A DNA stretch of 64,000 nucleotides, from assembly GCF_004010195.1 (NCBI RefSeq), contig NC_057719.1, positions 86,577,446 through 86,641,445 of the forward strand, in the 5' to 3' direction. The notes under the pieces are model-generated. The model made no database searches, had not been told where the DNA came from, and saw only the letters and a program-made list of their open reading frames with translations. Source of the DNA: Chiloscyllium plagiosum. Taxonomy: Eukaryota. Positions 26,701-38,700 of this stretch are shown piece after piece (position 1 is the first letter of the stretch; every line of letters starts with the position of its first letter). Made by a program: the position numbers and the translations under genes.

Positions 26701-29700
26701 AAAGACAATTAAAATCCCCCCCGCTATAATAATGTGTCGTGTTCCAAAAGCACTCAACTTAGAGAAAGCACTAATCAAAAATTTGAGGGGATGTGCCGGA
26801 GGACGGTAGATGTTTAAAATGCCATATTCCTCCCCATGTATCATGCTCTAATTTTGTGAACGGAAGATTTTTCTGGATAAGTACCGCCACTCCCCTACTT
26901 TTAGTAGTAAAGGATGAAAAGAATACCCGGTCATAACCCCCCTGTTGTAATTTCAGGTGTTCCCCATCATCAAGATGGGTTTCCTACAACAAAGCAACAT
27001 CAACCCTTTCCCTCTTAAGGCTAGAAAGCACTTTTTTTCCTTTTAATAGGCGAATGACTTCCCTTAATGTTCCAGGTGCTCCATTTAATAAGATACTTAG
27101 CCATAATCCCTTTCAGACACCCTTGAACCCCTTGGAGGGAGAACTGTGCTTACAAAGCGCTGAGCATAAGTAAATAAAGACTCATAGAATCGAAAAACTA
27201 TATATACAAAAACTATTCTAACTATAAACAACTATTACTACCAAAAAACTACAAAGAAAACCAACTATAGAACCTTGAATGGAAGACTCTACCCCTGCCT
27301 ATAGGGGGCACTCACCCCACCCATCCCCTCCTTCACAGCTCCTTCAAACCTGGACTGTGCCCCAGCCTTAGGCCAGAAAAAAAAACAAGGAGATGATCCT
27401 TAAATCAACAGAAAAAAAAGACAAAATCAGGATGAGCACTCCACCCATCCCTGGCTTCATGACACCCCTACTTGTGACTAAAAGAGATGCAGAACAAACA
27501 AACAAAAAGGAGAGAGACAACAAAGAACCTCCACAAAATTTCCCATCAGAACATTATTTATTAAAAAAGGAACAACTTATTCCAAAGTCTTTTCACCCCC
27601 TTTCCAAAAAGAAAATTATTAGGGAGAAAGAAAGGAATAAAAAAAGGAAGGGAAAACATGGGGAAAAATAGAAAATAGAACAAACATTAACCATATTCTT
27701 CAGGCTAATCCGTCTATTTTAAAGTGTCCACAAAGATTTTAGCCTTATCCGCCAAGTCAAATGTATAAACTGAGTCCTCGTGGCTGAAACAAAGCACTGC
27801 AGGGTATCTCATGGAGTACTGGTTGCCCAGGTCCAACCTATCACATGCAGGCTGCAGAAGCATGAGCAGGAGATCCAGGGCCTCGGGGAGAGGCTGGAGG
27901 AGGTGGAGGGTCGAACTAAGGCCTCGGAAGCTGCGATGGAGTCCTCATCCAGTGGGATCCAGCCTCTTTTTAACTTCATCGAAGGACTTCCTCTTTCGGA
28001 TTACAGCTGCTGAAAAATCCTGGAAAAACGTGATTTTTGACCCCTTGTACAGCAGCGCCTGCGGACCTTTTCCCAGGGACCTGGAAGCTTCTATGACTTT
28101 TTGCTTGTCCTTATATGAGTGGAGGTGCACTAGGACCGGGCAGGGACGCTGCACCGGTCCTGACCTGTGCACTGTAACCCGATATGCCCTTTCAATCTGA
28201 AGCCTGCTGGACTCGATGTGAAGGCCCAAAAAATTCGGCAGCCAGTTTTCGGAGAAGCTTCTCACCTTAAGGGAGCCCGACAATTTGGAGATTTATTCTC
28301 CAACCTCGATTTTCGAGGTCGGTGATATGGTTTCGCAAGGCCCGCACCTCTCGCTCCAGCACCTGGATCCGACTGGTTGAGGACTCCATCGCAGCTTCCG
28401 AGGCCTTAGTTCGACCCTCCACCTCCTCCAGCCTCTCCCCGAGGCCCTGGATCTCCTGCTCATGCTTCTGCAGCCTGGATGTGATAGGTTGGACCTGGGC
28501 ACGAATCTCCCCATTGATCTCCTCAATCTCAGCCGCAACTTTCAAGGTAAGTCTCTCCATTGCCACAGCCAATTCCTGTGAATCTGTCAGTTCCCCGGGC
28601 GGTTCAGGAGAGGCTGCTGCTGCTGCAGACTCTGGCATGGTAGTGCTGCAGGAGAGTGTCCTCCCTGCTGCTGTTTGCTTGCTCCTTTTCCCTTTGGCAT
28701 CCTTCCCACTCCCAAATATTAACAAATATGTGTTCTGTAAGGTTTTAAACTAATATTTCCACCACATAAGTTGGCCAAGGATGGCAAAAAAACACTGGTA
28801 TGCCTTGGTTGTTAGGCAGAGCTGTCCACAGCAGTTCTACCGAATCGCTGCCATCTTGCCGAGTCCCCTTTTCCTGCCCTTCTTAAACAGTGGCACCAAG
28901 TTTGCCAACCTCCAGTCTTCCAGCACCTCACCTGTGACTATCAATGATACAAATATCTCAGCAAGAGGCCCAGCAATCACTTCTCTAGCTTCCCACAGAG
29001 TTCTCGGGTACACCTGATCAGGTCCTGGGGATTTATCCACCTTTAACCGTTTCAAGACATCCAGCACTTCCTCCTCTGTAATCTGGACATTTTGCAAGAT
29101 GTCACCATCTATTTCCCTACAGTCTATATCTTCCATATCCTTTTCCACAGTAAACACTGATGCAAAATATCCTTTACTGAAATTAAACATCAAATGAGAG
29201 TCACTTGACTGTCATACCAGACACCAGGATGCAGCTGATATGAGGCCTGTCTTACTGTGCTTATGTAAGCACAACCAATAAATGTTAGTACACGGGTATT
29301 TTTTGGGAAATATTAGTTTGTAGCAGGCATTTCTGAATGAATTGGAATTTCTTGCAGTTCATTTGCTGGTGGATTACACATCACACTTGCCATCTTGAGG
29401 ACTGGATTAATTAATGTGATATAAACAAGGGGCACCAATCCCAGTTAATAATTTATTATTCATGGATTGTGAGCGTCACTGGCTAGGCTAGGATGTAGTA
29501 GGCATCCCTAATTCCCCAGATGGCAATTAAGAGTCAACTGCATTGCAATGGGTCTGGAGTCATGTGTAGGCCAGACCAGGTAAAGGACATTCGTGAGTTG
29601 GATAGATTTTTCTGACAAAATTGACAGTGGTCTGTTGGTCATTATTAGAACCGTAATTCCAGATTTTTATTGAATTCAAATTTCAGAATCTGTCTCGGTG

Positions 29701-32700
29701 GATTGTAACCCAGGTCAAGCATTACCTGCGTCTCTAGATTAATAGTCTAGCAATAATATCACGAGGCCATCACCACCCCATATTCATTATTAGTAGCTGG
29801 AGATTCTGATGATTTGTGCTTTTCATTTGGATACAAGATCACACCAAGAATGGTCTTTCTCATATCATCCCAGTGCAGCTTGTATACTAATGCAAAACAT
29901 ATACCCAAGTCATTCAGAGCCTCTAGCCAATAGAGGTGAATTTGTAACAGAAAAGACAAAACAATCTCAACATCCTAGAAGTGGGATCAGCCTTATCGTA
30001 GGGGAGAAAGTGAGATCTGCAGACGCTGGAGATCAAAGCTGAAACTTTATTGCTGGAACAGCACAGCAGGTCAGGCAGCATCTAGGGAACAGAAGATTCG
30101 ACGTTTCGGGCACATGCCCTTCTTCTTCCTGAAGAAGGGCATGTGCCCGAAACGTCGAATCTTCTGTTCCCTAGATGCTGCCTGACCTGCTGTGCTGTTC
30201 CAGCAATAAAGTTTCAGCTCAGCCTTATCGTAGTCATATACCTCGTTTAGATAAAGGCTAAGGGAAAAAAAGTTAGTGATGAGTAAGCCTGTTTCATACA
30301 ATTAGTCTTTGAAATCATCTGGATATCATGGATTTCTATCAGTTGTTCTCCTCCATTGATTCTTCCAGTGCACTGAAGGGTATGGAAACCTAGCAATACA
30401 TGGGGAGCTTGAACTGCAGACTGTCACCTTGTCCAAGCTAAAAAGTTGACTAAATCTTTGCTTTTGTCTGGCCTTAACTATGTTCACCTGATCAGTAATG
30501 AAGTTAGCAATTCAGTCATTTTACTTTAAACTTCAGCATAAAAAGCAATTTACAAAGAGAGGATTGCAACCAGATGGGACACCATTAAAAAAATTGTTTT
30601 TTGTTGAACCAAAGGAAAAATGACATGACCTTGGACTGTTCTAATCAAGCTGTAGCTAGTGCTATCTTACATAACAATGCTGTGCTTAATCACAAGTAAA
30701 CTTCAGTGTGTGCTATTCTTAGCAAATGACATTGCATTTATCTATGATCTACATACATGAATAGCTATTAAAATAGACACCTTGTCATAAATATCCAAAT
30801 TTCCTTATTTCGCTAACTAATTGGCCTTTCGGTCCATTGTATCAGACAGGTGTCAGGGATTGCCACGCCTGTAACAGGAAGATCAGGTTGTTGCAACAGC
30901 AGTGGCTGCAGCAATTGTGCTTTACAGTCCCAGGTTGTTCTCTCAGACTTTCCTCCACCGCCTTCATCTTTCTCCCAAGGCCAGATGGAAGAAGACATAA
31001 TTTATGCTCCATTGTCTTCAAATGTTGTTTGAAAAGAACCCTCAATTGGATGCTCTCCTTTCCTAGTTTACTGCACTTCAATAATTTTGAAATGGTTGAT
31101 TTTTGCTCTTGTCCATTTTTCCTGCAATTGGCGCTGTCCCAAGTGAACAAGCTACAGTAATAGCGACAAAATTGACACAAAGAAAATTCTTTTTAATTGG
31201 GGATCATTGTAGCTAAACCTCCAACAGTCGAGTCAATGTAGGAACTCATGGCAATTAGTTTGGTGTATCACACAGTTCTTGAGAGATTCTCAATAAAGCC
31301 CTGTACTCCTGCACAAAAGGAGAATGCTTTTTGGAGATGCTCACCCCTTTACCAGTGTTAACGTGTGCGGCTTCAGCACTGAATGCATTCCAATGTGAGA
31401 CACTTGGCTTGCATATGTGCAGTCAATCAGGCCACCCAGTGTTGATCTATTCTGCCTGCATCAAAGCAGTTTTTACTGTTCCTGCATTCGGAGGATTATG
31501 GTAGTTGAATTTTAATTAGTCTAATCAACTTAGAGGTCATGACAATCATTTAGGTGTATCACATTCCACATCGGAAAGTGCCAGCAGAACTCCACAAAAA
31601 CATGCATCACACACAACTTGTATATTTATAGTAGATGATTAACCTCAGGCTCTTGCATGAACAACAGTGTCAATCAAATTGTTGCTATGCGAGCACTCTC
31701 CTTTGAGTACAAATATGCCCAAAAGATAATTTGCACTGTCAACAGAAATTTTGTTGCCTTTTAACCAAACAAGGCTCTAGTGTTTTAAATAGTGTGTGTA
31801 TATGTGTGTAAAATACTTTGTTGAAAAGCAGTAAAATACTTAAAGTAATATCTCTGTATTTAGGAGAATAAAACCAAGCTGTCAGACCAGCAGAGAGCTG
31901 TAAGGAGGGGACAGAACCCGTTTCCTATCTATGCCAGTCTTAATGTGAGGTCAAACCTCAGCGCTCGAGATTTTGGAGGTACAGATCTTGATGGGGTGTG
32001 TTGTGTTGTTACCAAGCCTTTGCAGGGAGGGGTCATCAAAAATTTGCTAATCTATTCCTGTCTCTGGCTGGTTTTTCCCAGGGGTGGACCGGGACTGGTA
32101 CTGGCAAGCACTTACACTCAACTCAGCAGGTTGAGTTGGATAATGGGTGAACTAATTTCAGTCTGTCACAGAGATTGCAATTTTCCCAGTGATACATGGG
32201 TACTATTTGTGGCAGTGCCTTGGGAACTTGGAGGAGATGTCAGTATAGTGGAAGGTCAGAGCTGTTGAAAGTTCAAGGCTTCCTAACCTTTAATGACAGA
32301 AAATGACAAATTTATGTCACTGATAGTGCTGAGGATGCAGCAATGGCAGACTGATCGTGCATCTCTTCTGCCCCGCAGTATCCTCCTGCTGCAGCACTCT
32401 TAATGCAGGTTCAGTGAAGGCAATGTCTCATGCAAAATCAATCTCTCACCAACTCATGTCCCTAATTTGGTAGTAAACCTCAAAATGTGTTGTTAATTGT
32501 CAGGAAGTTTGAACAGGGAGGCTTGCTACTGCTGATAACTGCATCTGGACATAGAAATGGCCCAGACAACTGAAAATTATCTCCATTCAGAAATGTCTGC
32601 TCTGTCACTCAACAGATGCTCTCAAATAGAGAGCAGGTCAGTTTGGAGTTTGTAAACTGGGTGGGATTTTTCATTTGGAGAGACTACCTGTTATTTTGGT

Positions 32701-35700
32701 AGGGGAATTCAGTTCTTACCTCAATACCTGTCCTTTTGTGGGAGCTGGCAACTGTTGCATTGCACACTTCAAACTTTTTTATGTGGGTGAATTATGCCTC
32801 AATTCACCTGCCTATCCCACCATACCATCAGAAGGGTATCCTGACAGCATTTTAAAAATATGGAGAAAATGCCAGTACCATTTCTTCAATCGACATCATA
32901 AGTGACTGGTTCATACACTTGTTGCTGTAACTCTGCAATTAACATCTAGAAGAAGGTGAGGTGGAAATTGTGCTATTCCTAAATGTTCATGCACATGTCT
33001 AGTCCTGCTGAGAAAGTGGCCATTGCCATTTCACAAGTTAAGTATCTTGGGGCTGCAGACTGTGTGAAAATTGTCTTTTATTTTCATATGGATGCAATTG
33101 TGTGTACTGAGTCTACTGTGGAGACCACAGCCAACAAGAAGCAAAATCTTCTGTCTTTTGCAGAGTGGTTTGAGTGCACTCCTTATGAAGCTGGACTTCC
33201 AAAATATGGAGCTTACATCCCCATTCAGCATTTTGGAAGCAAATTCTTCATGGGATACCTGATAAAGAAATGTCCAGAAATGAGAATCAGCTTCTTGGAA
33301 GGTACAGTTAACAATCAAATAAGAAATCTAAAAGTCTCATTGCATAGAAATTTAGAAGTTAAACTTGGAGTCACGGCTTCTGTGAAGAAGTATGTATTAT
33401 AGTTTGTTAAGAAAGAACAGTCTTTCTTATTAACAGTCTTATTAAAAGTCTTTCTTTTAATAGCCTGTGGTGTCAAATACCATTTTCTTTCTTCTGTTAA
33501 TTCCAAAGATTCCTCCTCTTAACATATTTTTAAATTCCCAATGGGTTTAGTCATCGTCCTTTCTTGTAAAAATAAAATAACTAAAGTCTGGCATTCTCTA
33601 ATATCCATTATTGTGCATCTATCTTTGACAGACCCAAACTTACCACAGAATATTGGTTTGATATGGGGAAGTGATATGTAATATAGTTTTGTATTTTTGT
33701 AATGTTGATTAGATTCGTGAATGCATTGGATTAGTTATCTTAGGCAAGATTAGGGGGTCATAAAATTGGAATTGACACCCCAAAATGGGCTAGGGTTTGG
33801 GCTTTGTGGAGCAATACGTTTCATGTTCTCTTTCCTGAACCATATCCAGTGCCCAGACTGAGAATGTGAAGTTTGTTCTGACATACAGGCAATCTCTTCC
33901 AATAAGAATATTTACTTGACTAATTTCCTGAAGGGTTCAGTATACTTTGTACTTTGAACCCGAGAAGATTGGAATAGATAGACCATGGGTGGGAGGGCTT
34001 CTGCTTTTGTACCTCTGTGGAGGTGACTCAGCATCCTGGGAAGGAGGAGTGGGTGTGATTCTAGGGTGAAGAACGTGATTGTGCACTACTGGCAGGAATT
34101 TGGTATAGCCTTGGGGTGCCCCCTCAGTGTGGGTGGGGATCCCTTTACTCTCCGGTGGGGGTAAAGGATCTAAGAAGTTAGAATAAGAAATACTCTGAAA
34201 ATGACTGTTGTCCTCATCCTCCTCCTCCTCCTCCTCTGCAGGCCAGTGGGGTAGTGCTTTTGCAGCCAACCTGGAGGAGATCCTGAGGGAGATGATAGGC
34301 ACCTCCAACATGTGGATGCAGAACTTACAGAATGCTATCAAGATAACAGGTATTAATCTATCTTTTTTTTGTTTTAGAACGGCTAGTAATTTCCATTCTC
34401 GCCCTGCTATTTGTGCAAAGCCACTGACCAAGATCTAGGACATCTTTCTTTGAGAGCTACAGGGAGGCTTATAAATCATGAAACTTATGATTGAATGGGA
34501 AACCTTTGTCTTTTTCTCCTTGACACTTGGGTAGTGCCGTGGAAATCAAGCCCTACTATTCCCGGAATTGAGATGAATGTTAAGATTAAACGAAACTACT
34601 ACAAATCCCTATTTGCCTCATTGACTGCTACCCAGGATAAAAGCAAATTATACCAGATTCTTTAAGTAGTAATTAAAGATTAACTTTTTTTTTGTAACAT
34701 ACTTAACTTGAACAAGAATAGGATTTCTAATATAAAAATCACAGAACACCAGGTTATAGTCCAACACGTTTAATTGGAAGCACACTAGCTTTCGGAGCGA
34801 TGCTCCTTCAGGTGATAGTCATCTGATGAAGGAGCAGTGCTCTGAAAGCTAGTGTGCTTCCAATTAAACCTGTTGGACTATAACCTGGTGTTGTGATTTT
34901 TAACTTTGTACACCCCAGTCCAACACCGGCATCTCCAAATCAGGATTTCTAATATTTAACTTTACCCCCAAATTCCCAGACAGACTGAAAAGAAAAAGGC
35001 ATAAAACATAATTTTTTTTGAGGAGAAAAGTCAGGAGAACACAGCTGTTTCGCATCAGTCCAAAATACAATCCTTTTAATTCATCAGAGATGCTTTGGTG
35101 TTATTTGCATCGCCATAATCCGCCTGTTGTTCACTAGTTTCGTGTTTGGACCCAGGTTTTTCTTTTCTCAGTAAGCTTCAGATTCTTCCTTTCAGCAACT
35201 CTGAATATAGTTTTTCTCTGCTTTTCCAATATAGTTAGAGAGGCACTTTCTTTAAGAACAAAGGGAGGAGAGAGAGAGAGATGCCGAAATTATAACTTGC
35301 TGGGGCCTGTGTTGTCTTCTGTTAAACTGTGTTAAACTGCAGCTTGGCTAATCAGAAGCTTATTGTAATGCTGAGCTCTCCTGAACTCATAACAAATAGT
35401 TGCATTTGAAAAACAATTCAAAAGACTGCCTGAGCAGAGTTCCTCTGAACATAAACAGGTGCTGCTGCTTTGTCTGAACACAGTATTCCCAAAATTAACA
35501 TTGTTGCATAGGCATCAGTTAGCTCCACTTGTTTTTCCAAAGCTGCAAATTCCTGTTATTTCCTCCTCTTTTAAAGCAGTGTCCATTTTTTTTTCTCATT
35601 TTCAGTCTATATTCCAAAAAATAAAAAGTTGTTGTCTCTTACGTTCATCCTGATGAGTCTCTTCCAGAAGCCCTACAGCATCTCAGGGTGCCAATCTTCA

Positions 35701-38700
35701 GCTAATTCAATTCACTCCACATGATATCAAAAAATGACTGGAGACATTGGATACTGCAAAGGCTATAGGCCCTGACAACATTCCAAATAGTGGTGAAGAA
35801 ATGTACTCCTGAGCTTAACAGGATAATCCAACCCAGTCAATTATCGTCCCATTCGTCTACCTGCAAACATTAGTAAAGTGATGGAAGGTGTAAATAGCTG
35901 TACTATCAAGCAGCGCCTGCTTACCAACACCCAGTACATATTCCTCCAGGACCACTCAACTTCTGACTTCATTACAATGTTGGTTCAAGCATGAACAAAA
36001 GAGCTTAATTACAGAGTTGAGGTGAGTATGAATCCCCTTGACATCAAGGTCGCATTTAACCAAGGAGCCCTAACAAAACTGGATATCAATGGATATCAAA
36101 GGCAAACTTTCCACTGGTTGGATTCATACCTGGCACATAGGAAGGTGATTGTGGTTGTTCAAGATTAGTCATCTCTGCTCCAGGACACCCCTGCAGGAGC
36201 TCCTTGTAGAGTATATAAAACAGTACAGGCCCTACGGCCTTCAATGTTGTACCAACCTTTTATCTTTACACTCAGAGCAAACTAAGCTACACACCATTCG
36301 TTTTACTGTCATCCATGTGCCTATCCAAGTGTCACTTAAATGTTACTAACATATCTGACTCTACTACCACCATCGGCCGTACATTCCATGCACCTAACAC
36401 CCTCTGTGTAAAGAACTGACCTCTGACAACTTCCCTAAACCTTACTCCAATCACCTTAAAATTATGCCCCTTCGTGATAGCCATTTCTGCCTTGGGAAAA
36501 CGTCTCTGGCTATCCACCCTATCTATGCTTCTCATCACCATCTTGTACACCTTGATCAAGTGTACATTCTCATTCCTCCTTTGCTGCAATGAGAAAAGAC
36601 CAAGCTCCCTCAACCTTTCTTTATACGACGTGGCCTCCAGTCCAGGCAGCATCCTGGTAAATCGCCTCTGCACCCTCTCTAAAGCTTCCAAATCCTTCAT
36701 AAATGAGGCAACCAGAACTGTACACAATACTCCAACTGTCATCTAACCAGGGCTGTATAGAGCTGCAGCATAAACGTACAGCTCTTAAACTCAATCCCCC
36801 TGCTGATGAAAGCTAACACATCTTACATCTTAACAACCCTATCAACTTGGGTGGAAACTTTAAGGGATCGATGGATGTTGACCCCAAGATCCCTCTGTTC
36901 CTCCACACTGCCAAGAAACCTGCCTTTAATCCTGTAATCTGCATCCAAAATGAATCACTTCACTCTTCTTTGTGTAGAACTCAATCTGCCACTTCTCAGC
37001 CGAGTTCTGCATCTTGTCAATATCCCCTTGCAACATACAACAGCCCTCCACACTATTCACAACTCCACCAACCTTCGTGTCATTAACAAATATACTAATG
37101 CATCCTTCTACTTCCTCATCTAAGTAATTTATAAAAATCACAAAGAGCAGAGGTCCCAGTGTCCCTATGAAACACCACTGGTCATGGTGAATATTTTCCA
37201 TTTACCACCACCCTCTGTCTTCCATGGGCCAGCCAATTCTGTATCCAAACTGACAGATTTCCCTGTAACCATGCCTCCTTACTTTGTCAATAAGCCTACC
37301 ATGGGGAACCTGCCTAGCTAAAATCCCTATACACCACATCCACTGCTCTACCTTCATCAGTATTTTGTCACATCCTCAAAGAATTCAATAAGGCTTGTGA
37401 GACATTATTTTCCCCTCACAAAGCCATGCTGACTGTCTCAAATCAAACTGTGCTTTTCCAAATAATCATAAATCCTGTTTCACAGAATCCTCTCCAACAA
37501 TTTGCTCACCATTGATGTAAGACTGGTCTGTAATTCTCAGGGTTATCCCTGTTGCCTTTCTTGAATAAGGAAATAACATTTGCCACCATCCAATCATCTG
37601 GTACTACTTCAGTGGACAGTGAGGATGCAAAGATCATCGCCAAAGGCTCAGCCCTTGTTTCCCATAGTAACCTTGGGTATATCCTATCGAGATCAAGAAA
37701 CCTATCTATTTCCATGTTTTTCAAAATTTTCAGCACATCCACCTCCTTAACATCAACCTGTTTGAGCAAATCAGTCCATTTCATGCTGTCCTCACAAACG
37801 ACAAGGTCGCTCTCACTACTGAATACTGAAGCAAAGTATTCATTAAGGATCTCCCCTACATCCTCCGACTCCAGGCACAATTCCCTCCACTATCCCTGAT
37901 AGGCCCTATCCTCACTCTAGCCATCCTCTTGTTCCTCACGTAAGTGTAGAACACCTTAAGGTTTTCCTTAATCCTACCCGCCAAGGCGTTTTCATGCCTC
38001 CTTCTAGCTCTTCAATTCTTCAGTTCCTCCCTGGCCACCTTGTAACCCTCTAGAGCCCTGTCTGATCCTTGCTTCCTCAACCTTAAGTAAGCTTCCTTCT
38101 TCCTGTTGACTAAATGTTCTACATCTCATCATCCAAGGTTCCTTTACCCGACCATCCCTTCCTTGCTTCAGTGGGACAAACTTATCCAACACTTGCAGCA
38201 AATGCTCCCTAAACAACCTCTGCACTTCTGCTGTGCAATACTCTGAGAATATCCCTTCCCAATTTATGCTACACGGTTCCTGCCTAATAGCATTGTAATT
38301 CCCCTTTCTCCAATTAAATACTTTCCTATACCATCTAATCCTCTCCCTCTCCATGACTATAGTAAAGGTAAGGGAGTTGTGAACACTATCACCAAAATGC
38401 ACTCCCATCGAGAGATCTGACACTCCCAGTAAAGTGACTGCTCCCTTTCTGTAGGTGCAACATTATCCCTGATTAGCAATGCTACTCTCTCACCTCTTTT
38501 CCCCCACTCTCTATTCCTTTTGAAACATCTAAACCCTGGAACATCCAACAATTATTCCAGCCCCTGTGATATCCAAGTCTCCGTAATGGCCACAACATTG
38601 TAGCTCTACGTACTGATCCATGCTCTAAGCTGATCACCCTTATTCCTGACACTTGCGTTAAAATAAACACACTTCATCCCATTACACTGACTGCAACTTT

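Larger units (their letters stand above)
21151..29175 (-). mobile_element. CR1 LINE (21151-23044 and 28870-29175) hosting nested SINE, PLE hairpin and L1 insertions
   Basis: ORF2 pieces [50 protein letters not shown] and [13 protein letters not shown] are collinear across the insertions. Confidence 0.9.

Noticed and set aside
30800..31200. Overlapping Cys/Gln-rich ORFs
   Set aside because: No recognisable domain or splice support; possibly an old element that I cannot classify.
34534..35650. Solo LTR surrounding the 34.7 kb fold-back
   Set aside because: Composition is suggestive, but I could not define a CA end or a TSD.
35650..35675. CTGATGA as a hammerhead core (also at ~15029 and 59531)
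   Set aside because: No stem II followed by GAAA and a cleavage triplet, and no stem I.
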